Shown piece after piece: positions 30,186 through 39,278 of a DNA stretch of 64,000 nt. Source of the DNA: an uncultured Candidatus Poseidoniales archaeon (GTDB taxonomy: Archaea > Thermoplasmatota > Poseidoniia > Poseidoniales > Thalassarchaeaceae); contig CAZXZO010000007.1 in NCBI GenBank assembly GCA_964645485.1, forward strand, positions 12,609 through 76,608. The letters run 5' to 3'. Position 1 is the first letter of the stretch, and each line of letters starts with the position of its first letter. Under the pieces are notes generated by a model. The model was not told where the DNA came from and did not search any database. It saw only the letters and a program-made list of their open reading frames with translations. A program made the position numbers and the translations under genes.

Positions 30186-31171
30186 TGACAGAGACAAATG
30201 ATGACCTCACAATGTTTCACCATTGGGTCACGGACAAATCTGAGAAAGGCGCAATTGCAATTGTTTCTCATAAAAATGGTGATATGGACACTATTGGCTC
30301 TGCTGTTTGCTTGGCATCTTTGATTGGTCCTGGTGCTAAAGCCTGTGGGATTTATGTTTCCAAGGTCGCAAAAAGAGTGTTGGCAGATGTTGAAGGTTCC
30401 TTTCATTTGATGGATTCTAACAGACCAATGTGGCCTAGAACATTAGCAGGAATAATTGTTGTAGATTGCGCTTCATATTCTCAAACAGGATTACAATTGC
30501 CTGCTGACGTACCAATTTGTGTAATTGACCATCATCAAGGCGGTAGTGAATGGCAAGAGGCAGAACTGGTCATCTGTTGGGATGTTAGTTCTACAACCGA
30601 AATAATTCATAGATATGCCGAACATTTTGATTTGAAAATGGATAATAATTCTGCAACTCTATTATTGGCTGGAATCGTGACTGACACAGGGAGATTCAAA
30701 CATGCAAATGGTGGGTCATTCATTGCTGCTGGCGAATTAATTGACAAATACTCTCTAGATTATGCAGCCTTCATAGAATCTATAGAGCGGGATGAATTGA
30801 ACCATTCTCAAAAAATGGCAATTGCAAAAGCCCTATCTAGATTAGAATCAATTGACGCTGGTGAATGGTTTCTTCTACACACATCAGGCAGCACAAATGA
30901 GGGTATTGTTGCCAATTCACTGTTGTCTGCAGGAGCAGATGTTGCATTAGTGGTAAGAAGGGCTGAAAATGAAACGAGATTGATTGGTAGAGCAAGTAGG
31001 TCAGCAGTGAATGATGGTGTCCATCTAGGTGAAATTATGGCAGAATTATGTGATACCTTAGGTGGGGAAGGCGGTGGCCATTCTGGCGCTGCAGGATGGT
31101 CTGGAGATGTCCCTAGCATCACAGCCCGCTCTGGATTTATCTCAGCGCTATCAAGCATTAGGAGAGATTGA
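30185..31171 (+). CDS. DHH/DHHA1 phosphoesterase (nanoRNase-like)
   Basis: H..GDMDTIGS, IDHH, GIVTDTGRF and GGGGHSGAAG. Confidence 0.9.
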   Translation: MTETNDDLTMFHHWVTDKSEKGAIAIVSHKNGDMDTIGSAVCLASLIGPGAKACGIYVSKVAKRVLADVEGSFHLMDSNRPMWPRTLAGIIVVDCASYSQTGLQLPADVPICVIDHHQGGSEWQEAELVICWDVSSTTEIIHRYAEHFDLKMDNNSATLLLAGIVTDTGRFKHANGGSFIAAGELIDKYSLDYAAFIESIERDELNHSQKMAIAKALSRLESIDAGEWFLLHTSGSTNEGIVANSLLSAGADVALVVRRAENETRLIGRASRSAVNDGVHLGEIMAELCDTLGGEGGGHSGAAGWSGDVPSITARSGFISALSSIRRD

Positions 31172-31172
31172 A

Positions 31173-32132
31173 ATGCCAACTGCGTTTGAATTGTATGAGT
31201 TGCATTGTGCCGAGCCATTATCTGATGATACCATCAAGAATTTTGAAGATCAATTTGGTTTAGCAGAGGCAGCAATAATTGCAGGAGATGTTGATTTTTC
31301 TTTGAAAATGGATGTATTTCTATCAGATGCTGAATCCAAATTCCTTAAGTTCCGCCACTCCCAATTAAACAATGATTTTGACGCTGCTCAAAATTTTCTA
31401 AAAGAAAGTGTAGAATCAAGTCGAAGTGCAAGTGAACGAAACCACACTTTGGAAGCCCGTTCTCGTATGGAATGGGGCTTGTTACGTTTCACTGCCGGAG
31501 AAGAAGAGGAGGCCGGTGTTGATTTGCGCTGGGCTATGGAGAGACTCAAGGCAATTGAGGAAGGGAGCATTGCTCATGGTATTGCGACTCTAAACTTAGC
31601 AGAATGGCACACTTCTAGAAATGAGGGAATTATGGCTTTAACGATTCTCTCAGATATTAATAGAGAAGGACCACATGAAGAACCAATAATCGCAACTAGC
31701 AGATTACAAATTTCTTGTCTTCTTTTTGAATTAGGAGATTATGTGTCTAGTCAGCGCCATGCATGGGTGGCATTTGATCTATGTTCTAGAAGTGAAATGA
31801 TGGAATCCGCGCACCAATCTGCGTTAATTTGGATGGACTTAAGCCTCACTAAGATTGACGATTCTTCGCCACGCATGGCTGAAATAGTTAGAGATGCGGC
31901 CCCAAGAGAAATAGGACAGAACACTAATTGTTCTGCCCATCGAGAAGACCTGAAAGAAGTTGTAGAATGGTGTACTAACAACTGGACCCTTGGATTTGAA
32001 GGGAAATCTAGGCCAGATATTGCAGTTTTATTAGAAGCAGAAAAAAATCTCGGTCTTGACAATTTTTCCAATATGGTAAGAGAATCTGAGAAAGCGGCTG
32101 ACCCAATTGTTCTCGCTATGATTGGTCACTAA
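31173..32132 (+). CDS. Uncharacterised alpha-helical (TPR-like) protein
   Basis: ATG at 31173 directly after the DHH stop; Ala/Leu helical repeat pattern. Confidence 0.65.
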   Translation: MPTAFELYELHCAEPLSDDTIKNFEDQFGLAEAAIIAGDVDFSLKMDVFLSDAESKFLKFRHSQLNNDFDAAQNFLKESVESSRSASERNHTLEARSRMEWGLLRFTAGEEEEAGVDLRWAMERLKAIEEGSIAHGIATLNLAEWHTSRNEGIMALTILSDINREGPHEEPIIATSRLQISCLLFELGDYVSSQRHAWVAFDLCSRSEMMESAHQSALIWMDLSLTKIDDSSPRMAEIVRDAAPREIGQNTNCSAHREDLKEVVEWCTNNWTLGFEGKSRPDIAVLLEAEKNLGLDNFSNMVRESEKAADPIVLAMIGH

Positions 32133-33108
32133 GGTGTCCTTTTGCCTCTTCTAAAAATGGAATGGCCCATTCTTCGCCACTTGTCACTAATCTTCTTGCT
32201 AGGAAAAATGCAGAAGAATATTCTTCATTTTTTAACAAATTTAATATATTTTCTTCATTATCACTCAGTTTTTCTTCAACCTCAGATTTCAACTCGTTTT
32301 CACTTTCAGAGGGAATTGCTACTTTTAGTGCTAAGGTTTCCATTTTCTTCAAGAATTTCACACGGGTACTACTATCTGGCTTAGCCCACTTTTCATTACC
32401 ACTATCGAGCCGAGATTCCATGCGGGCCCGAAATTTATCCCGTGGAGTCATTTGAGGAAAATGAGTCTGGGCTTGGTCATAACAAAACCATGCTTCATCG
32501 TATTCTTGCCGCTTTTCATGCAAGTGCCCAAGTTCTATCCAGGCTTCATGATTGAATGGTCTTTGGGCGAGTAATTTTCGTACTAGGCGAATAAATAATT
32601 GTTCATCTACTAATCGAACTCTTTCTAGTCTTCTTCCAAATAAAACATTAGCGCGCGGGTCGGTTAAATCCAAGGTAAAGAATCTAGCCTCTAATTCACC
32701 TAAAAATTCAGGAGTGATGAGTTGTTCCCAATATTCAGGGTCAAGTGGGTCTGCTGTTAGAGAGGCAGACAGTAAAGAAAAGCCGTGTTCAAGCATATCG
32801 ACTTCTACAAGTTGTTGCAAATGTTCCGGGTCTCTTCCTAATACTGCAAATAAATCCTCTAATACCGCTCGTAATCCGATTTCATCTGCCGCTAAAGTTT
32901 TGATTTCTGCAAGAATTCTCCAATTTTCTTCGTGGGTAAAATCATGTAGGACTGCTTGGCGAGCACTCTGTTCTGCCCACTTCAAGTTTTGAGATGATGT
33001 TTCTGGGGTTTTTTGGGCTAATGCTAGAAACTTCATAGCTTGAGAGCGATGTCTATTGCCAAGACTACGGCGAGGATGTTGTAATGAGGAGCCACTACTA
33101 TTCGCCAT
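32116..33108 (-). CDS. TPR-containing protein
   Basis: TPR consensus HEAWIELGHLHEKRQEYDEAWFCYDQA. Likely ATG at 33108. Confidence 0.72.
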   Translation of the reverse strand: MANSSGSSLQHPRRSLGNRHRSQAMKFLALAQKTPETSSQNLKWAEQSARQAVLHDFTHEENWRILAEIKTLAADEIGLRAVLEDLFAVLGRDPEHLQQLVEVDMLEHGFSLLSASLTADPLDPEYWEQLITPEFLGELEARFFTLDLTDPRANVLFGRRLERVRLVDEQLFIRLVRKLLAQRPFNHEAWIELGHLHEKRQEYDEAWFCYDQAQTHFPQMTPRDKFRARMESRLDSGNEKWAKPDSSTRVKFLKKMETLALKVAIPSESENELKSEVEEKLSDNEENILNLLKNEEYSSAFFLARRLVTSGEEWAIPFLEEAKGHLSDQS

Positions 33109-33157
33109 GACCTGCTCTGATGGTTGGTTCAATTGAAGTTTGCCAATTATTGAGTGA

Positions 33158-34423
33158 CTATAGTACTGATGTGAATGGCTTCTTGTCTCTGCCAAATGGG
33201 ATGGTTGCATCATAACCAATTTTTGAGGTCAATCCATCATCTGTTCTAGTTGGATCGAGGCTACTGCCTCGCTGGTTGCTTAGAATTACTGTGTCTTTGT
33301 CCGGTTGCCATCTTGTCATCAACGCCCACTCAACTCTTATCGGGTCTGCTGGATTAATATCGGTATCAACTATAGTTACCGCTTTCATAGAGGGGTGGCC
33401 TTCAAACGCGGCCATAATCGCATTGTTTGCATCTTCGCTAGATTGAGGTTCTATCTGAACAACTGCTGCAAGCCACCCTGAGCCTCCTGAAGTCATAACA
33501 ACATCTCGGCAATCACAAACTTTGGAAACACTTGAGAAAATTGTCGGTGCGCGTGGGAGACCCATTAGTGCATGATGTTCTGCTAATCCCGGTAGTATTG
33601 CATGAAAAATAGGGTTGTCCCTGTGGTGAATGGAGTGCACTTCTATGACTGGTTGTTTTCGAACGTCATCAATTGTGCCCGTTATATCGATGTATGGACC
33701 TTCATCATCGTCTTCACTAGTGATTGATGCACACATAGCGTATTCAGCATCTGCAGGTACAGTTACACCATTTTCTAACGAGATAACTTCCATTGGTTTG
33801 CCGTAGAATTTTTGATATAAGGAAGAAGCCACAGTAAGTTCATCAATTGGTTCATTGAATGACATTGCGGCTGCTAACAGCAGACAAGGGTCTGCTCCAT
33901 TTACTATAGCAATATCAACAGAATCACCCTTCTCTCTGGCTTCATCAACCATTGTTCTGAGGTGCCTTGGCACTAATCTGGCTACCAGATGATTTTCATC
34001 TCGGACAAATTGGCGGTGGAAAGAAACATTGCGTATTCCATCATATTCTGCTATGATAATACTAGCCGACATGTATCGCCCTCTATCTTGTGGGTAATGA
34101 TGCGGGATTGGTAGTTTCCTCAAGTCCACAGGCTCGATGGAATTCTCCATCACTGGGGCCTCTCCTTCACAATTAATTGGGGTAGAACGGTTATCCATTG
34201 CCCATTCTAAAGAAGTTAGTAATTGAGCAGGTTCAATTCCAAATTGTCGGGCCATGTTGTCTCTAAGGCAAACATTTGCCGCGGCTGAATGGCCGTCAAC
34301 TCCCACGGGATTAGTGAACATTATGGCATCCTTAGGATTTGATTCGATTGCTAATCTCATCTCGTTAATTGGGTTTGTTTTGTCAAGCGTGACGGCCCCA
34401 TTGAGATGGTCTCTAAATGCCAT
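33158..34423 (-). CDS. UbiD-family prFMN decarboxylase (short archaeal type)
   Basis: RNVSFHR, EGPYIDITGT, VDTDIN....VEWA..TR, GSSLDP and KIGYDAT. Confidence 0.9.
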   Translation of the reverse strand: MAFRDHLNGAVTLDKTNPINEMRLAIESNPKDAIMFTNPVGVDGHSAAANVCLRDNMARQFGIEPAQLLTSLEWAMDNRSTPINCEGEAPVMENSIEPVDLRKLPIPHHYPQDRGRYMSASIIIAEYDGIRNVSFHRQFVRDENHLVARLVPRHLRTMVDEAREKGDSVDIAIVNGADPCLLLAAAMSFNEPIDELTVASSLYQKFYGKPMEVISLENGVTVPADAEYAMCASITSEDDDEGPYIDITGTIDDVRKQPVIEVHSIHHRDNPIFHAILPGLAEHHALMGLPRAPTIFSSVSKVCDCRDVVMTSGGSGWLAAVVQIEPQSSEDANNAIMAAFEGHPSMKAVTIVDTDINPADPIRVEWALMTRWQPDKDTVILSNQRGSSLDPTRTDDGLTSKIGYDATIPFGRDKKPFTSVL

Positions 34424-34573
34424 TATGACGGCGACTTAGATACATCGCTTGAAGGTTGGGGGACATCTAATTGAGTAAGGCTGAAATCGGCACCCTGCGC
34501 TTATGTCGAATGATTCCTTGCCGATGGCCTCATATATGCGGGGTAGGTCGGCGGCTTGCTTCAAGGTGTAATC

Positions 34574-35002
34574 ATGGGTAGAGGACTCTTTGCAGGTGCG
34601 AAAATGAAGCGAGACAGACAGCGATTTCGCTGGAAGGACCGTGGTTACAAAAAGCGAGTTTTGAAACTCAAACAAAAGTCTGACCCTCTTGGAGGTTCAG
34701 CACAAGCCAAAGGCATCGTAATTGAGAAGGTTGGTATTGAAGCCAAGCAACCTAACTCAGGTATTCGTAAGGCAGTAAAAATTAGTTTAATCCGTACTGG
34801 AAACAAGTTGACTGCGTTCGCACCAGGTGATGGTGCGATCAATTTCATAGATGAACACGATGAAGTCATGGTCGAAGGAATTGGTGGCCGCATGGGTCGT
34901 TCATACGGAGATATTCCTGGAGTTCGATTCAAGGTAATCAAGGTCAATGGCGTTTCACTTAATGAAATGGTTAGAGGCCGTAAAGAGAAGCCAATTCGCT
35001 GA
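34574..35002 (+). CDS. rps12: Ribosomal protein uS12
   Basis: [11 protein letters not shown] and [10 protein letters not shown]. Confidence 0.98.
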   Translation: MGRGLFAGAKMKRDRQRFRWKDRGYKKRVLKLKQKSDPLGGSAQAKGIVIEKVGIEAKQPNSGIRKAVKISLIRTGNKLTAFAPGDGAINFIDEHDEVMVEGIGGRMGRSYGDIPGVRFKVIKVNGVSLNEMVRGRKEKPIR

Positions 35003-35011
35003 GGTGGAAAA

Positions 35012-35653
35012 ATGAGTGATGAAGTTGAAGAAGAAGTTGCAGAAGAACCTGCAGAAGAGAAAATCGTCAACGAAGCACCCATTGCAGGAATTGGTACACT
35101 TGTTTTCAACAAATGGGATGCAACTACAGTATCATGTGAAGACCCAGGTATTGCACCTTACATCAATCTCAAGACTGTCGGTGTGCCACACACTGGTGGT
35201 CGACATGCAAATGCTTGGTTTGGTAAGAGCAAGTTGTCCATTGTTGAGAGATTTATCAACGGATTGATGAGAACTGGAAAATATACCGGCAAGAAAACCA
35301 CTGCCACAAAATCCTTCGAGAACGCATTAGACCGTATCGCTGCAAGAGATGATACGAACCCTCTACAAGTATTCGTAGATGCAGTAGCAAATTCAGCACC
35401 GATGGAAGAGATTACTCGGATTAAATTCGGGGCAGTTAGTCAGCCAAAGGCTGTTGACAGCGCCCCAATGCGCCGGATTGATGTTGCTATCAGACACTTG
35501 GCTACAGGTTCTACTCAAGCAACGCGAAAAAGTACGAGGACCCTCACTGAAGGAATTGTTACAGAAATTTCCAAAGCAGCCAATGGAGATGTTACGTCCT
35601 ATGCAATTGGTAAGAAAGAGGAAGTAGAAAGAATCGCTGCTTCTGCTCGCTAA
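35012..35653 (+). CDS. rps7: Ribosomal protein uS7
   Basis: IVERFIN.LM, NPLQV.VDAV.NSAP.EE and KKEE.ERIA.SAR. Confidence 0.97.
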   Translation: MSDEVEEEVAEEPAEEKIVNEAPIAGIGTLVFNKWDATTVSCEDPGIAPYINLKTVGVPHTGGRHANAWFGKSKLSIVERFINGLMRTGKYTGKKTTATKSFENALDRIAARDDTNPLQVFVDAVANSAPMEEITRIKFGAVSQPKAVDSAPMRRIDVAIRHLATGSTQATRKSTRTLTEGIVTEISKAANGDVTSYAIGKKEEVERIAASAR

Positions 35654-35670
35654 TCTTTCCGGATTTTTTT
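35654..35670 (+). terminator. Possible oligo-T archaeal terminator after rps7
   Basis: T7 run (ggattttttt) a few bases after the rps7 stop, followed by an AT-rich spacer. Confidence 0.4.
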
Positions 35671-35769
35671 CAAGTCCATGGAATTGCTTTAACTTGGATA
35701 TTCTATACTTGAAGTTAATAGTGCTAATTCAATCACAATAAAATTACTAACAAGAGGTCTAGTGGTTAT

Positions 35770-36927
35770 ATGTCAGATTTAACAGACAATCCTAGTCCAA
35801 TAAAGTATAATTGGGTAAATGCAGTTTTTCTTTTTGCAACTCCTATTTTGGCTCTAATTGGAGCAATATGGCACGGTTTTACTTATGGAATCACTTGGGT
35901 TGAAATTTGTATATTTTTCTTCTGGTATTTTGCGTGTGGATTGTCTATAACGGTTGGATATCACAGATTATTCTCCCACCGAAGCCATTCCGCAGTTTTA
36001 CCTCTTAGAATTCTATATGCTCTGTTTGGGGCTGGCGCGTTTCAAAACTCAATTTTAGAATGGTGTAGTGATCACAGAAGACACCACAAAGATACGGATA
36101 AAGAAGGTGACCCATATAATGCGACAAGAGGTTTTTGGTGGAGTCATTTCTTTTGGATTATAATTGATGAAGAAGATGGCGAAGTAGACTATTCAAATGT
36201 ACCAGATTTGCAAAAAGACTGGGTTGTAAGGCTTCAACATCGTTTTATTTTCACAATCGGATTTCTGGTAGGAATGGTAGCCCCTGCGATAATCGGCTAC
36301 CTTCTTGGTGGCATTCCAACTGCAATTGGTGGGTTTGTATGGGGTGGTTTAGTTCGCACCGTTTTTGTCCACCATGGAACATTTTTGATAAATTCAGCAG
36401 CACATGTATGGGGTAAACAATCGTACACAACAAGTAACAGCAGCAAGGATTCTAATTGGCTTGCCTTTTTTACATTCGGAGAAGGGTATCACAATTTTCA
36501 TCACGCATTCCAAGCTGATTATCGAAACGGAATCAGATGGTGGCAGTGGGACCCGTCAAAATGGTGGATTAGGGCTTTCTCACTAGTAAAATTTAATTCC
36601 AATCTGAAAAGGACTCCAACTGCATCAATTGAGACTGCTAAAATGAGAACGTCTTTTTCTAAAATTGCCAATCAATCAGAACAAAACCATAATGAAACTA
36701 CGATGAATGTTTTTGAATTAAGGAGCAATGAATGCATACAGGCTATGCGTGACGCGTTGAGATATCTAGATGAGACGCGGGCGCAATTAAGCCGCTCGAG
36801 TTCAAACGCAAGGGACATCATTGTTGAGCAAATCACTCAAACGAAAAATAAGATTAATGCAATCAATTTAGAGTTTCAAGCCATTTTAGATGAAATGACG
36901 AAACCTTCTCATCAACCATCCGTATAG
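35770..36927 (+). CDS. Membrane delta-9 acyl-CoA/acyl-lipid desaturase (Ole1/DesA-like)
   Basis: Three His boxes (GYHRLFSH, DHRRHH, GEGYHNFHH), plus NSAAH.WG and WWQWDPSKW. Confidence 0.93.
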   Translation: MSDLTDNPSPIKYNWVNAVFLFATPILALIGAIWHGFTYGITWVEICIFFFWYFACGLSITVGYHRLFSHRSHSAVLPLRILYALFGAGAFQNSILEWCSDHRRHHKDTDKEGDPYNATRGFWWSHFFWIIIDEEDGEVDYSNVPDLQKDWVVRLQHRFIFTIGFLVGMVAPAIIGYLLGGIPTAIGGFVWGGLVRTVFVHHGTFLINSAAHVWGKQSYTTSNSSKDSNWLAFFTFGEGYHNFHHAFQADYRNGIRWWQWDPSKWWIRAFSLVKFNSNLKRTPTASIETAKMRTSFSKIANQSEQNHNETTMNVFELRSNECIQAMRDALRYLDETRAQLSRSSSNARDIIVEQITQTKNKINAINLEFQAILDEMTKPSHQPSV

Positions 36928-37015
36928 GCTCCTTGCCCATCAGGAATTGAGGCTCTTGCCCCTTAATATGAATTACAAGGGTGGTGGCCTTTATGAACCG
37001 ATGTTAGGTCGGCCG

Positions 37016-37032
37016 CTTCACCGAAGGTGAAG
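37016..37032 (+). promoter_or_regulatory. Hairpin CTTCACC-GAA-GGTGAAG covering the EF-2 Shine-Dalgarno
   Basis: Perfect 7-bp inverted repeat; GGTGA lies 6 nt before ATG 37037. Confidence 0.45.
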
Positions 37033-37036
37033 ACTG

Positions 37037-39244
37037 ATGGGACGAAAAGAAGACAACATCGCAAAAGCAACAGAAGTGATGCATGATAGAGACCGTATTC
37101 GTAATCTCTGCATTGCTGCTCATATTGACCACGGAAAAACAACTCTCTCAGATAATTTGATTGCTGGAGCAGGAATGATGAGTGAAGACCTTGCTGGTAA
37201 AAGCAGGGTTTTAGATTTCGATGAGCAAGAATCTGCAAGAGGAATTACCATCAATGCAGCGTCTGCCTCTATGGTTCACGCAGTTGAGGGCACAGATTTC
37301 CTAATCAATTTGATTGATACACCTGGTCACGTAGATTTCGGTGGCGACGTAACTCGAGCAATGCGCGCAGTAGATGGATGTTTCATCTTAACTTGTGCAG
37401 TTGAAGGAGCAATGCCACAAACAGAAACTGTGGTGCGCCAAGCCTTGAAAGAAAAGGTGAAGCCAGTTCTATTCATTAACAAGGTTGACCGTTTAATAAA
37501 CGAATTACAAGTAACTCCTGAGGATATGCAAGAGAGATTCATGGATCAGATTACCAAAGTAAACAAATTAATTCGCCAATTTGCTCCTGATGAATACAAG
37601 AAATCTTGGCAAGTCAGTGTTTCAGATGGCACAGTTGCTTTCGGATCTGCTTACCACAACTGGGGTATTACTGTACCATATATGCAGAAATCTGGTATTT
37701 CGTTCAAGGATATCTTTGATTATTGTAATAATGAAGAGCAAAGAGAATTATCCAAGAAAGCACCAGTACACGAGGTTCTCTTAGACATGGCAGTTACTCA
37801 ATTACCAAGTCCAGTGGTTGCACAACCATACCGTATTCCTAATATTTGGTCTGGGGATTCCGATTCAGAGATGGGTCAAGCAATGATAAACTGTGACCCA
37901 GATGGTCCTCTTGCGCTCATGATTACTAAGATTTGGATGGACCCTCATGCTGGAGAAGTAGCTGTTGGCCGTCTTTATTCTGGAACTATTAACCACGGAG
38001 AGAGTTTGTGGGCTATTGGGGGAAGTAAAGCAGAGCGAGTACAACAGGTTAGCATGATGGTTGGTGGAGACCGCATCTCAATTCCAAAAATCGTTGCAGG
38101 AAATATAGCCGCATTAACTGGTATTCGTTCCGCTGCAGCCGGTGTTACCGTTGCGAGGGATAAGGATATCATTCCTTTCGAAGCAATCAGGCATTATTCA
38201 GAACCAGTAGTTACAGTCGCTGTAGAGCCTAAATCAATGAAAGACCTACCAAAATTCATTGATGCACTTCGTTCACTTGCAAAAGCAGATGCTTCCCTAC
38301 AAGTTACAACCAATGCTGAAACCGGTGAGGCATTGCTTGCTGGAATGGGTGAACTTCACCTTGAAATTACAACTTACAGAATTGAAGAAGAACAGGGAAT
38401 CAAAGTCTCCGTTTCTGAACCAATTGTGGTATATCGAGAAACAACTGCAGGCAACAACCATGGGCGACCTTTCGAAGGTAAATCACCTAATCGCCACAAT
38501 AGATTTTACATTGAAGTTGAACAACTTCCAATTGAAGTTGTAGATGCTCTGCGCCAAGGAGATATCGGTTCAGGTACTATTCGGCCAAATGACGCAAAAG
38601 AAATTGGCAGGAAATTCGCTGAATACGGCATGGACAAAGATTTGATGCGCAAAACTTACGCTATCAATGGTACTAATGTTTTGGTCAATGATACTAAGGG
38701 TATTCAATACCTCCACGAAACAAAAGAATTGCTAATCGAAGCTTTCAATGAAGTATGCAAAAAAGGACCTATTGCTGAAGAACCACTAATGAGTGTCATG
38801 GTCAAACTCAAAGATGCAAAACTCCACGAAGATGCTATCCACCGTGGCCCTGCTCAAACAATTCCAGCAATGAGAAATGCCATCAAGGGTGCTCTAGTAA
38901 GGGCTAATACTGCTCTAATGGAGCCTATGCAAAAAATGCATGTTTCCGTACCTAATGACTGGTTAGGTGGAGTCACAAGAGAAATTACTCAACGCCGTGG
39001 AGAAATAGAAGACATGCCATCTGATGGTGAAATCACCACAGTTATTGGAAAAGTTCCAGTTGCAGAAACATTTGGTTTCTCAAACGATATTCGGGCTGCA
39101 AGTCAGGGTAGAGCGGTATGGAATTCTGAAAATTGTGGATTCGAAGAATTGCCAAGATCACTTCTAGAGAAAGTAGTTGGAGAGATTCGTCAGCGAAAGG
39201 GTATGAAACCTGAAATCCCAGGTGAATCATATTATTCTGATTGA
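37037..39244 (+). CDS. fusA: Translation elongation factor aEF-2
   Basis: AHIDHGKTT, DTPGHVDF, NKVD and the diphthamide loop HEDAIHRGPAQ. Confidence 0.98.
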   Translation: MGRKEDNIAKATEVMHDRDRIRNLCIAAHIDHGKTTLSDNLIAGAGMMSEDLAGKSRVLDFDEQESARGITINAASASMVHAVEGTDFLINLIDTPGHVDFGGDVTRAMRAVDGCFILTCAVEGAMPQTETVVRQALKEKVKPVLFINKVDRLINELQVTPEDMQERFMDQITKVNKLIRQFAPDEYKKSWQVSVSDGTVAFGSAYHNWGITVPYMQKSGISFKDIFDYCNNEEQRELSKKAPVHEVLLDMAVTQLPSPVVAQPYRIPNIWSGDSDSEMGQAMINCDPDGPLALMITKIWMDPHAGEVAVGRLYSGTINHGESLWAIGGSKAERVQQVSMMVGGDRISIPKIVAGNIAALTGIRSAAAGVTVARDKDIIPFEAIRHYSEPVVTVAVEPKSMKDLPKFIDALRSLAKADASLQVTTNAETGEALLAGMGELHLEITTYRIEEEQGIKVSVSEPIVVYRETTAGNNHGRPFEGKSPNRHNRFYIEVEQLPIEVVDALRQGDIGSGTIRPNDAKEIGRKFAEYGMDKDLMRKTYAINGTNVLVNDTKGIQYLHETKELLIEAFNEVCKKGPIAEEPLMSVMVKLKDAKLHEDAIHRGPAQTIPAMRNAIKGALVRANTALMEPMQKMHVSVPNDWLGGVTREITQRRGEIEDMPSDGEITTVIGKVPVAETFGFSNDIRAASQGRAVWNSENCGFEELPRSLLEKVVGEIRQRKGMKPEIPGESYYSD

Positions 39245-39278
39245 GTAGTTAAAAATTAAACTATAAAATAGTCATTGA

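Noticed and set aside
25456-31171. Proteasome-SBDS-exosome-L37Ae-Pcc1-prefoldin-DHH cluster as a new system
   Set aside because: This is the well-known archaeal exosome superoperon.
24562-39244. dph6 and EF-2 in the same window as a functional cluster
   Set aside because: They are about 12 kb apart in separate transcription units, and both are standard archaeal genes.
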